From a virus (taxonomy: Duplodnaviria; Caudoviricetes), in IMG/VR virus record IMGVR_UViG_3300006789_000101, positions 1 to 30,143 of that record: a DNA stretch of 30,143 nucleotides. One strand, 5' to 3'. Below, piece after piece: positions 9,825 through 17,304 of this stretch (the stretch's first letter is position 1; each line of letters starts with the position of its first letter). The translations under genes were made by a program, and so were the position numbers. The notes under the pieces are model-generated. The model worked only from the letters and a program-made list of their open reading frames with translations. It did no database searches and was not told the origin of the DNA.

Positions 9825-10197
9825 TTATAGTGATTCTGAACTCGGTAGGTGCTCCCTCATTTATGGTCTGCTCAACCTCCTCCTTAGGCTTCCCATATAC
9901 CCTATCGAACAATACATCAAGGATATGGATAGAGCCCTTATCGAAATCCCTCTGAGCTTTCTTTGCTATCAGGGATATCCAAAACGGCAGAGCATCATTC
10001 TTAGCCATCTCTACCAGCTCGTTTCGAGTCTTGCCTAATATCGTTCTGATGATATCCTGAGTCTGAGTCTTAGATAGCTTGAGGTTATGCTCATCAAGAA
10101 AGTGCTCCTTGAGCAGAGTCTCTATCTTCTTAGGTCTACCATTCGGGTTACCTGATTGCCCTTTCTTAAAGGGTTTCAAATTATCCTCCTTAGCCAT
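9802..10197 (-). CDS. terS: Terminase small subunit (DUF5681-like)
   Basis: FKKGQSGNPNGRPK and DRVYGKP motifs; directly upstream of TerL. Confidence 0.8.
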   Translation of the reverse strand: MAKEDNLKPFKKGQSGNPNGRPKKIETLLKEHFLDEHNLKLSKTQTQDIIRTILGKTRNELVEMAKNDALPFWISLIAKKAQRDFDKGSIHILDVLFDRVYGKPKEEVEQTINEGAPTEFRITINDPAKNN

Positions 10198-10199
10198 TG

Positions 10200-10751
10200 T
10201 TATCTCTCTGTTTTAATATACATCAGGAACTCATCTTTTGCGCTTTTCTCATCCTTAAAAGCTCCGAGCATCTTGGATGTAGTAGTCCAAGTATCATGCT
10301 TCTTAACACCTCTCATTGCCATACATAGATGCTGAGCTCTGATTGATACGGCTACCCCTATCGGGTCAAGCTCCTCTTGTATTCTCTCAGCCACCTGAGT
10401 AGTTATCCTCTCCTGATTCTGAAACCTCCGAGAGTAGTACTCCAACGTTCGGGCTAATTTGGAGAGCCCTACTATCTTCTGATTGGGTATATAGGCTATT
10501 GCAGCCGTCCCAAAGAACGGAGCCGTATGATGCTCACAGAGAGAGTAGAATGGTATGTTCGATTGAACTATCATCTCATCCGTTCCCTCAGCATCGAATG
10601 ACGTAAAATTAAACTCAGGTGGAGATAGGAACTCCTCCATGAACTTGATATACCGCTTAGGAGTCTCTTTCAAGCCCTCTCTTGCCGTATCTTCTCCCAG
10701 CTCTTCCAAGATGGTACGAAATGCTTCTTGTGCTCTTATAGAACGTTCCAT
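10200..10751 (-). CDS. folE: GTP cyclohydrolase I
   Basis: REGLKETPKR, SLCEHH, IVGLSKLAR, QERIT, HLCMAMRG. Confidence 0.95.
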   Translation of the reverse strand: MERSIRAQEAFRTILEELGEDTAREGLKETPKRYIKFMEEFLSPPEFNFTSFDAEGTDEMIVQSNIPFYSLCEHHTAPFFGTAAIAYIPNQKIVGLSKLARTLEYYSRRFQNQERITTQVAERIQEELDPIGVAVSIRAQHLCMAMRGVKKHDTWTTTSKMLGAFKDEKSAKDEFLMYIKTER

Positions 10752-11326
10752 AGCTTATGGTCTTGTACGCTCAACCTCCACTTAGGATTGTCGAGACATA
10801 GGTTAATACAATGCTTCATATTCTTAGGGTTGATTTCAAACCCGTCTGAGTGAGGACTCAGCCAATAGTAATACGCCTCTACTGATGGCTCAGGGACATC
10901 CTGACCTGAGTGTCTGACATATCTCAATTCGCTTACTCCTTTAGGAAAGTTTTTCTTCACTACGTGCTCAGCTACCTTTGGAGATACACAGATGAAATCT
11001 ATACCCTCAGGAACTGCTTTCAATCCGCTTGTTTCAATAGCCTGATAGAATCCGAGCTCCTTGAATCTCTCTACTATCTCATCCGTCAGCTGGTCAGCTG
11101 GTTCTCCTCCCGTCCATGTAATCTCCTTACTCGGATACTTAGAGCAGAAATCGAGGATGTCCTCTACGCTCATCTCCTTACCGCTTTCGAACTCGGTATC
11201 ACATCTGATTCCTGAGGCATAACAAGCGTGCTTAGCTGAGCAGCCTGAGAGCCTGATGAATATAGTCGGAACTCCTTTCCTTGCTCCCTCTCCTTGTAGG
11301 GAATAGAATATCTCACTTACTTTCAT
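10736..11326 (-). CDS. queE: 7-carboxy-7-deazaguanine synthase (radical SAM)
   Basis: EIFYSLQGEG, FIRLSGC...CDT, TGGEP, IETSG, VSPK, WRLSVQDHK; likely start is MKVSEIF at 11326. Confidence 0.9.
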   Translation of the reverse strand: MKVSEIFYSLQGEGARKGVPTIFIRLSGCSAKHACYASGIRCDTEFESGKEMSVEDILDFCSKYPSKEITWTGGEPADQLTDEIVERFKELGFYQAIETSGLKAVPEGIDFICVSPKVAEHVVKKNFPKGVSELRYVRHSGQDVPEPSVEAYYYWLSPHSDGFEINPKNMKHCINLCLDNPKWRLSVQDHKLWNVL

Positions 11327-11768
11327 ATATCGCTGAGTTTTTTTCATTCTCAAAACACTCTACCCTGATGACTCTGCATCTCCCAGCATCAGTCTTAGAT
11401 AGAACCTCATTAAACTTATCACATACCATCTTTGCTAAGCTCTCACATCCCATCTTTTCCATCACCTTGAGCTTACAAATACCCTCCATCGCTGCGCTCT
11501 CGAAGAAATCGAGATACGGGTCGTCCTTTTCTATAAGTAGCACATGGTCGAAATTGTCCTCCATCCAGCTCTTAAGCCCGTTCCCGATGGGAGCATCCTT
11601 GAAGCCTCCAAAGTCTACTACCCAATTCATGTCGTCCAGCGTTTCAGAGCTAAACCATACCTTAAACCTGAGAGCATATCCATGCAAGAGCTGACAATGA
11701 GAGTGCTGAGCCTTATGCTGCCTCAGAGCTACTGAATAGTTATCGAATATCTTAGTGCTCACATACAT
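11313..11768 (-). CDS. queD: 6-carboxy-tetrahydropterin synthase (QueD/PTPS family)
   Basis: HCQLLHGY, WVVDFG, FDH, ESLA, E.EKNSA; within the que cluster. Confidence 0.9.
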   Translation of the reverse strand: MYVSTKIFDNYSVALRQHKAQHSHCQLLHGYALRFKVWFSSETLDDMNWVVDFGGFKDAPIGNGLKSWMEDNFDHVLLIEKDDPYLDFFESAAMEGICKLKVMEKMGCESLAKMVCDKFNEVLSKTDAGRCRVIRVECFENEKNSAIYESK

Positions 11769-11773
11769 TATAT

Positions 11774-12211
11774 CTAATCAGTATAACAATTTGACTTTAA
11801 TTTGTTTGTGATTTGTTCTTTAGTCATGTTCTTCAACGGCAATACAATTCGCACTTTATGAATTGATACTTTATTCAACATCAATTCAAGTTCTTTGTAG
11901 AACTGCGGTGAATTGTCAGGGTATTTGTCTTCTGCGTTTGTTCCTAAGTGAATCTCAATGTCTTGAGAGCCAAATGTTGAAGCCACACATGAAATAAATG
12001 TCAGATTTCTACAATTTACTTCTTTGCCTACCGAAACCATTTTTGGTAATGTAATTATTTCAGTTACATACTCTCTACAATGCTGGAACTCCTTTGTCTT
12101 ATGTGGTTGAGAATAGTCTATGAATACTTTAATATCATAATCATATAGCTGGTTTAGCAGCATACTATCAGCACCGCCCGATAGAAGCAATATTCTTTTA
12201 GTATTCTTCAT
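11774..12211 (-). CDS. queC: QueC-like ATPase (short, lacks the C-terminal Zn site)
   Basis: LSGGADS PP-loop, DYSQ.H..E, RN, YPD, PL..MTK..I; ends at NCYTD (145 aa). Confidence 0.75.
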   Translation of the reverse strand: MKNTKRILLLSGGADSMLLNQLYDYDIKVFIDYSQPHKTKEFQHCREYVTEIITLPKMVSVGKEVNCRNLTFISCVASTFGSQDIEIHLGTNAEDKYPDNSPQFYKELELMLNKVSIHKVRIVLPLKNMTKEQITNKLKSNCYTD

Positions 12212-13196
12212 AAGCGTATTGTTGAAATTTAACCCACTCCTTAAAGTTATGAATTGCTACGGCTCTTGACTTGAGCTTCATTCCTTTGGGCTTGTTAATC
12301 TTATCAATACCCTTACCATTAAACTGATAGAGATATCCTCCTCTGTTTCCATATATCCATGCCGTAGAGTCCACAGAATAGAAAGGTAGTTTTTTAAGCA
12401 TTGGGAGTGATGTATAGCCTAACGCATGGACTTTGCAATCATTTTGTAAAGCAATTTCATTTAGTTTATACAAGATATTTTCAGCACCTTTCTTTCTCGT
12501 CCATTTACTATCGTTCAGTCCACTTGCACCAAGAGCAATGTATTCGTACTCCTCGCACATCTTGAGCCAATACTCCTTACCTCTTGACTTATGCCATACG
12601 GGTATAGATTTCTTGCCCGTTTCTGCTTCAAGTCGAGCCCTCAGCTCTTCAACTCGTTTAAGACCCACGACCGCATCAATATCAAGTTCGAAGAAATTAT
12701 CTATGTCCATCTCGTTGATGAAATCAATATACCTCGTGAGATAAGCATCCCAATCAACCCCGCTGGAGTTCTTCTTATCACTCATAAAAGTGAACGCTCC
12801 TGAGTCGAGTAGAAAGTCCCAATGGTCTCGTATGTATGGCTTCATCCAATCTTGCATGTAGTAGAAGCTCTCAAGAACGCATATCTTCTGAGCGTTTTCT
12901 TCGCGCATTTGTTTCTCAGCTTCCCGAGCAGAATCTCCTCCAAACGGAGTGCTGTACGCTGCCATATAAACTTTCATGTCTTTATGATAATCATCGTGAG
13001 CATATTTACCCCATCCCTGAGGAGATGCTAAAAAAACCTTCATCGCTTCTTTTGGATTATGTTTATTCTCCCTCCATACTGACGCAGCTGGAGTTCCGTT
13101 CGTGGCTGCCAAGAATATCTTCATTGCCTCAAGTCCCTCCTTAGTGTTCCATACATACCCCCCCCCAGCATTTGCTAATGCCATATAAACTTTCAC
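12198..13196 (-). CDS. dpdA: DpdA-like (TGT-fold) DNA deazaguanine transglycosylase with a four-unit repeated N-terminus
   Basis: LDSGAF, ELDID, PVWH, YIALG, VHALG, SVDSTAW TGT-fold motifs; upstream of queC/D/E/folE; GTG start overlaps the ParB stop. Confidence 0.75.
   Translation of the reverse strand: MKVYMALANAGGGYVWNTKEGLEAMKIFLAATNGTPAASVWRENKHNPKEAMKVFLASPQGWGKYAHDDYHKDMKVYMAAYSTPFGGDSAREAEKQMREENAQKICVLESFYYMQDWMKPYIRDHWDFLLDSGAFTFMSDKKNSSGVDWDAYLTRYIDFINEMDIDNFFELDIDAVVGLKRVEELRARLEAETGKKSIPVWHKSRGKEYWLKMCEEYEYIALGASGLNDSKWTRKKGAENILYKLNEIALQNDCKVHALGYTSLPMLKKLPFYSVDSTAWIYGNRGGYLYQFNGKGIDKINKPKGMKLKSRAVAIHNFKEWVKFQQYAYEEY
12960..13196 (-). repeat. Four tandem MK(V/I)(Y/F)(L/M)A units; 17-bp exact direct repeat; G9 homopolymer
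   Basis: Starts at 13196, 13124, 13043, 12977; TGAAAGTTTATATGGCA at 13179-13195 and 12960-12976; C9 on + strand at 13158-13166. Confidence 0.9.
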
Positions 13197-13717
13197 AATC
13201 CGAGTAGCTTGAAAACTATATCCTCCTTACTGCCATCTCTATCCTCGAATGCTTGAAGAACGAGAGCGTAATCATCCTCCGAATACTCAAGCACTATCTT
13301 GGTAGAGCTCTTCTCTATACCCTCATCCTCCTCGAAGAATTGGTCAAGGTCGATATCCTCAGGATTCCAAACATCAAGACCCCACTCATTCAGCTCCTCA
13401 GGATTCCAGCTATTGCCCAGCTCGTCCCAATCCCACTCACCGAATCCTACGTTATCCTTAACTATAAACTCCTTCTGCTTCTCTTCTGACCAATCAACTA
13501 TCTGAACGGGAGCTTTCTTCCATCCAGCCTCTGTCATAGCCTTGAGCCGCATATTACCTCCGAGAACCACCATGTCCTTATTGACCACAATAGGTCGGAC
13601 ATCAGCCATCTCAGGAAAGTCCTTTAAGCTCTTGACCAGCTTCTGAAATTTCTCGTCTCTGATTATTCTCGGGTTCTCCTGATTCGGACGAATCTTACTT
13701 ATTGCAATAGTTTCCAT
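13193..13717 (-). CDS. ParB/Srx-like domain protein
   Basis: IRPNQENPR, LVKSL, RPIVV, VLGGNMRL, FIVKDN..GEWD. Confidence 0.85.
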   Translation of the reverse strand: METIAISKIRPNQENPRIIRDEKFQKLVKSLKDFPEMADVRPIVVNKDMVVLGGNMRLKAMTEAGWKKAPVQIVDWSEEKQKEFIVKDNVGFGEWDWDELGNSWNPEELNEWGLDVWNPEDIDLDQFFEEDEGIEKSSTKIVLEYSEDDYALVLQAFEDRDGSKEDIVFKLLGL

Positions 13718-13886
13718 TCTTGTAGTTTGATAATGCTTCTTGTGATGTTGCTCCTGAGGCTTTCTTACATGGCTCCCCGTTCCAATAGTTATCCGCTACC
13801 TCTCTGCTGAAACAGTAGAATTTCATGGTATAGGTATTCTGAGTGATGTAGAGCCCGTAGTTCTCGTGATTTTTGTTCTGTTTCAT
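13695..13886 (-). CDS. Hypothetical protein
   Basis: 63 aa ORF overlapping its neighbours in operon fashion. Confidence 0.55.
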   Translation of the reverse strand: MKQNKNHENYGLYITQNTYTMKFYCFSREVADNYWNGEPCKKASGATSQEALSNYKNGNYCNK

Positions 13887-14125
13887 TTCTTCTTTTTAGG
13901 CTTGTTATCCTCTGCCCATCTCAGGAGAGTTCTTCCCATTATCTGAGCCGACCTACCGCAAGTAAAGCATAGGGTAGCAGTTGAATTAACGTAATGATAT
14001 GCAGCCTCGTATTGCTTCTGCTCCTCTCGGGTCAATCTCCCTGAGCTCTGAGCTCCAGCAAATCGTTCCAGCTGGGACTTATGCTCCTTGATGAATTTAA
14101 GTAGCTCTCTCTTTGTCATATCCAC
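13883..14125 (-). CDS. Hypothetical protein with CxxC
   Basis: 80 aa, CFTC; overlapping start/stop with neighbours. Confidence 0.65.
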   Translation of the reverse strand: MDMTKRELLKFIKEHKSQLERFAGAQSSGRLTREEQKQYEAAYHYVNSTATLCFTCGRSAQIMGRTLLRWAEDNKPKKKK

Positions 14126-14376
14126 TCAGACTTATAAATGATTCTCTCGAATAATACTGCTAAGCAAGCCGTCTGAAATGCTATCAGAGCTCCTCCCGTA
14201 CAAGCTCCGAGAATCAAGCCCGTCCAAAAGGATAAGCAGAGAGGACAGTCAAGAGGTTTCAGTCCAAAAGTCTCGGGTAGTCCGAGAAGCTTCTTAATCT
14301 TCAAGTCTATCATCAGTATCTCTACGAATATCAGAGCCGATACCGCTGCTGCAATTGAGTTTAATAACACGTCCAT
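14116..14376 (-). CDS. Small membrane protein (DUF1360-like)
   Basis: KPLDCPLCLSFWTG flanked by hydrophobic helices. Confidence 0.65.
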   Translation of the reverse strand: MDVLLNSIAAAVSALIFVEILMIDLKIKKLLGLPETFGLKPLDCPLCLSFWTGLILGACTGGALIAFQTACLAVLFERIIYKSEWI

Positions 14377-14860
14377 TGTAATCTTCTTTGAGTTTTGTTA
14401 TAGTTTTCTTAACGGTATTTCCTACGCTCTTGAATGGTATTCCCGTAGCAGCTGCTACCTTCCGATAGCTACCCTCCTTGAAGTAAGACTTCAGCATATC
14501 TTGCTCATACCAATGGTAAGTCTTTAGAATACCCTCAAGGATAACGAGAGTCTCCTCTCTTGCTGAATTATAATCGTTGGTGTCAGGTATATCATCGAAC
14601 TCAATGCCCTCAGAGCTATTAAGCTGATATTTCCGAGCAAAGGTGCTGCGGTTGCTGGTTGCCATGTTTATCATGGTTCTGATAACGTACCAGCGGAGGT
14701 ATCCTCCCTCGTTTATTTCGAGCCATTTCTCCTCCTCCATTTCGAGAAGAACGAGAGCTACCTCTTGAATCAAGTCATCGGCATTCTGACCAGCTATCCT
14801 CTTCGCAAGAGCCGTCAGGCTGGAGTCGGATAGCAAGTCAAGAATTGCCAAGTCTTTCAT
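14294..14860 (-). CDS. Phage RNA polymerase sigma factor (sigma70/ECF-like)
   Basis: ADDLIQEVAL region-2 motif; SYRKVAAATGIPFKSVGNTVK region-4 HTH. Confidence 0.8.
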   Translation of the reverse strand: MKDLAILDLLSDSSLTALAKRIAGQNADDLIQEVALVLLEMEEEKWLEINEGGYLRWYVIRTMINMATSNRSTFARKYQLNSSEGIEFDDIPDTNDYNSAREETLVILEGILKTYHWYEQDMLKSYFKEGSYRKVAAATGIPFKSVGNTVKKTITKLKEDYNGRVIKLNCSSGIGSDIRRDTDDRLED

Positions 14861-15100
14861 TTATGCAAAGAAGTAGAATAATAAGCTACCCGTTAGCATT
14901 AAAATTGTCATACTTACTAAGGCTCTTGTTAGTATCTCCTCCCATTCTTTACCCATAGCTCGTGCTTCAATTTGCTCAGGATGAATGTTCATAAGTTTGA
15001 GTTTTATTTCGTCAATCTGCTTAAGCTCATCATCATCGTATTCGTATTCCGACATGATAATTGCTCTAAGTATTAGAGCTGCATCTCTCTTGTGCATCAT
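14861..15100 (-). CDS. Hypothetical membrane protein
   Basis: 79 aa with a C-terminal hydrophobic helix. Confidence 0.55.
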   Translation of the reverse strand: MMHKRDAALILRAIIMSEYEYDDDELKQIDEIKLKLMNIHPEQIEARAMGKEWEEILTRALVSMTILMLTGSLLFYFFA

Positions 15101-15240
15101 AGTTCTATGTTTAGTTCTGAATTGATATTTCTCTTTCGCATAATCTGTAAGGCTTTCTTTCTTAGCTGCTCCTCAGATTGATTCTCTAAAGGCTCAATAA
15201 TTACCTTATGCCCTTGTTTTGATGTAAATACTGCTCTCAT
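15097..15240 (-). CDS. Hypothetical protein (47 aa), not in ORF track
   Basis: MRAVFTSKQGHKVIIEPLENQ...; ATGA overlaps on both sides. Confidence 0.6.
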   Translation of the reverse strand: MRAVFTSKQGHKVIIEPLENQSEEQLRKKALQIMRKRNINSELNIEL

Positions 15241-15422
15241 AACGCTTCTAAATATTCAAGTTCTTTGTTTACGTTTCTCAGCTTCTGAGTCACCATCCAA
15301 AAGTCTGAGTCCTTTCGATTGGTCATATAGCCTGAATCATGCTTTGCGATAATAGCCAATTGCTCGACTATTCCTTGCTTGTAGTTTCTCAATAGTCTGA
15401 GTGTTGTCGGTAGGTAACTCAT
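15237..15422 (-). CDS. Hypothetical protein
   Basis: 61 aa, translationally coupled to its neighbours. Confidence 0.55.
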   Translation of the reverse strand: MSYLPTTLRLLRNYKQGIVEQLAIIAKHDSGYMTNRKDSDFWMVTQKLRNVNKELEYLEAL

Positions 15423-15535
15423 CTTCTTTTTATCTTTTCAAGTCGTTCAATTGAGCGTATAATCCTATCCAGCTTTCTAACCATCTTATCAGCTTTTAGC
15501 TTATGCCCGTTCAGCTTAACTATCTTGCTACTCAT
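15419..15535 (-). CDS. Hypothetical basic protein (38 aa), not in ORF track
   Basis: MSSKIVKLNGHKLKADKMVRKLDRIIRSIERLEKIKRR; fills the gap with coupled ends. Confidence 0.5.
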   Translation of the reverse strand: MSSKIVKLNGHKLKADKMVRKLDRIIRSIERLEKIKRR

Positions 15536-16208
15536 CTTCTTTGGTTAAGCGGTTAATATGTATTCTCATTACTGCGTAGTCAAGATGGCTCTTGCTCAGC
15601 TTCTTTTTCCTATCCAATAAAGACTTATTACTCTTGTGATATGCCTCAGCTATCTCCCAAACCTCAGCCCTATCCTTGTTGCTGACATTTAAGATACCTT
15701 GCTCCTTAGCATATTTACGAGCTGCATGATAGTCCCAGCCATACTCAGGGAAAGCTCCATGCTCCTCTACCCATTCGAGCAGACCTTCGTATAAGTCTTT
15801 CTCTCGGTCTTTATACTCCTCAAGCCTTAAAGCCTCAGGGTTAGCCATCTTAGGTCGGCTACGCTCAGCTCTGCGGTATTGGACATAGGCTGAGAGGATA
15901 GTTCCCCACCAACCTACTGATTGTTTAGTGATATAGGCTACATCTCGAGCTGGAGTAAGCTTCTCGGCAAGTATCAGCTTGACTGCTTTGCTCAGACCAG
16001 CTACCTCCATGTTCGGGAACTCAGATATCAGGAAGTCAATAACTGATACCTTCTGAACCTGAGTCAATAGAGGAGCATCAATGTATGCGCTAATCTTATC
16101 CAGCTGGTCAGCTATCTCAGAAGCTGCCGAGTCCCTCAAGGCTATCGAGATTTCCATTGTTCCCGATGTTTGAGAGAGCTTGTTCTGCTCTTGTTTTCCC
16201 TTTTTCAT
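15528..16208 (-). CDS. Hypothetical protein, possible helicase loader/replication accessory
   Basis: 226 aa directly downstream of the initiator (lambda O-P-like position); function inferred from position only. Confidence 0.5.
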   Translation of the reverse strand: MKKGKQEQNKLSQTSGTMEISIALRDSAASEIADQLDKISAYIDAPLLTQVQKVSVIDFLISEFPNMEVAGLSKAVKLILAEKLTPARDVAYITKQSVGWWGTILSAYVQYRRAERSRPKMANPEALRLEEYKDREKDLYEGLLEWVEEHGAFPEYGWDYHAARKYAKEQGILNVSNKDRAEVWEIAEAYHKSNKSLLDRKKKLSKSHLDYAVMRIHINRLTKEDE

Positions 16209-16782
16209 TCTTGTTCTTGTTTAATTCAAAAATACCTGACCATCCTTGCTCCATAGATTGTAAGAGCATAGCCTCAGCCGTTTGGTTATCATATCTGTTG
16301 AGCTTTGCTTTCATTCGAGTGATAGCTATCATAGTCATCGGCTTTTTCAGCTGCTTACGATGTTGAATAAACTCTTCAAATGTCTGATTCAAACCCTCAT
16401 CAAGAAGCGCATGCTTCTCTATTATCTCATTACCATTACCATTACCATTACCATTACCATTACCATTTACAGCTTGATTTGCTTGAGTTTGCTTAAGCTC
16501 TTCAAGCATTGCTTGCTTTTGCTTGAGAGCTCTTGCCTTTCCTCCCTTACGCCCAGCCTCAGCTCTCCTCTCTCTGCTCCCGTTCCACTTCTCAAGGTCT
16601 CTCTTGAGCTGCTGCTTGATAGGTTCAAATGTTAATTGAACGAGTAGGTTCTGAGTCTCAGGCTCAAGGTCATTCACATATCTCAAGATATGCTTGAAGA
16701 GCTCTCCAGCATCCTTATCAGGGAGCTTCTCAGCCGTATGAATGACATCTGCGTATAGTATAAACGATTTCTTGTTTTCCAT
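16117..16782 (-). CDS. Replication initiator-like protein (DUF6291 N-terminus)
   Basis: KKSFILYAD...AGELFKHILRYV, AGRKGG, low-complexity NG linker, C-terminal F..HRKQLKKPMT...QS..QGWSGIF. Confidence 0.7.
   Translation of the reverse strand: MENKKSFILYADVIHTAEKLPDKDAGELFKHILRYVNDLEPETQNLLVQLTFEPIKQQLKRDLEKWNGSRERRAEAGRKGGKARALKQKQAMLEELKQTQANQAVNGNGNGNGNGNGNEIIEKHALLDEGLNQTFEEFIQHRKQLKKPMTMIAITRMKAKLNRYDNQTAEAMLLQSMEQGWSGIFELNKNKNEKGKTRAEQALSNIGNNGNLDSLEGLGSF
16428..16525. repeat. (CATTAC)6 plus ~10-bp-phased TTGCTT repeats; candidate iteron origin
   Basis: Six CATTAC copies at 16428-16463; GCTT at 16481, 16491, 16511, 16521. Confidence 0.7.
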
Positions 16783-16806
16783 GATTGTTACTATATCAAT
16801 TTATAC

Positions 16807-17304
16807 CTATTGAATATCAATTAAACTCCAGCTTAAAGCCTTGTTCTCTACATCGAACTCGGTCTCATATCCGAAAGCATCAAGCATGATTATTAAGTCA
16901 GACCTGAGCTCCTTATCATAGGGTAACCAGCCATCCATAGCTTTTACTCCATGCAGAACCGTAGAATGGTCTCTACCGAATAGCTGACCAATCTCAGCAA
17001 GGGTCATTGTATTTCGAACTATCTGCTTATAGAGAGCCCAAAAAACGAAATACCTTGCAGTCTTATAACGATATACCCGACAAGAGCTCTCCAGCTTCTC
17101 CCTATCGAGTACATAATACTGACACCAATACTCGATTAGAACCTCTATCTCAGCTGGATTGTAGATTGCTTTGATTACGGGCTTCTTAACATCCTTTTTC
17201 TCAGCAGCTATCTTATCAGCTACCTCTTGCATATTAACGCATTGCACGAGCTCTGCTATCAGGCTCTGCTGCTTCTCAATTATCTCTCTATACTTTTCAA
17301 CCAT
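16807..17304 (-). CDS. DnaA C-terminal (domain IV) HTH protein
   Basis: TLAEIGQLFGRDHSTVLHGV signature. Confidence 0.8.
   Translation of the reverse strand: MVEKYREIIEKQQSLIAELVQCVNMQEVADKIAAEKKDVKKPVIKAIYNPAEIEVLIEYWCQYYVLDREKLESSCRVYRYKTARYFVFWALYKQIVRNTMTLAEIGQLFGRDHSTVLHGVKAMDGWLPYDKELRSDLIIMLDAFGYETEFDVENKALSWSLIDIQ

Noticed and set aside
13030-13036. T7 run in dpdA unit 3 as a second phase-variation switch
   Set aside because: Short T runs are common here, and slippage would not give a stop coupled to the unit 4 start.
12960-13196. CRISPR array or DGR interpretation of the dpdA repeats
   Set aside because: Repeats are conserved at protein level, in frame and non-palindromic; no cas or reverse transcriptase gene and no adenine-specific TR/VR pair were seen.
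16282-16635. Plus-strand ORF with ITITIT repeat
   Set aside because: It is only the antisense reading of the (NG)6 repeat in the initiator.
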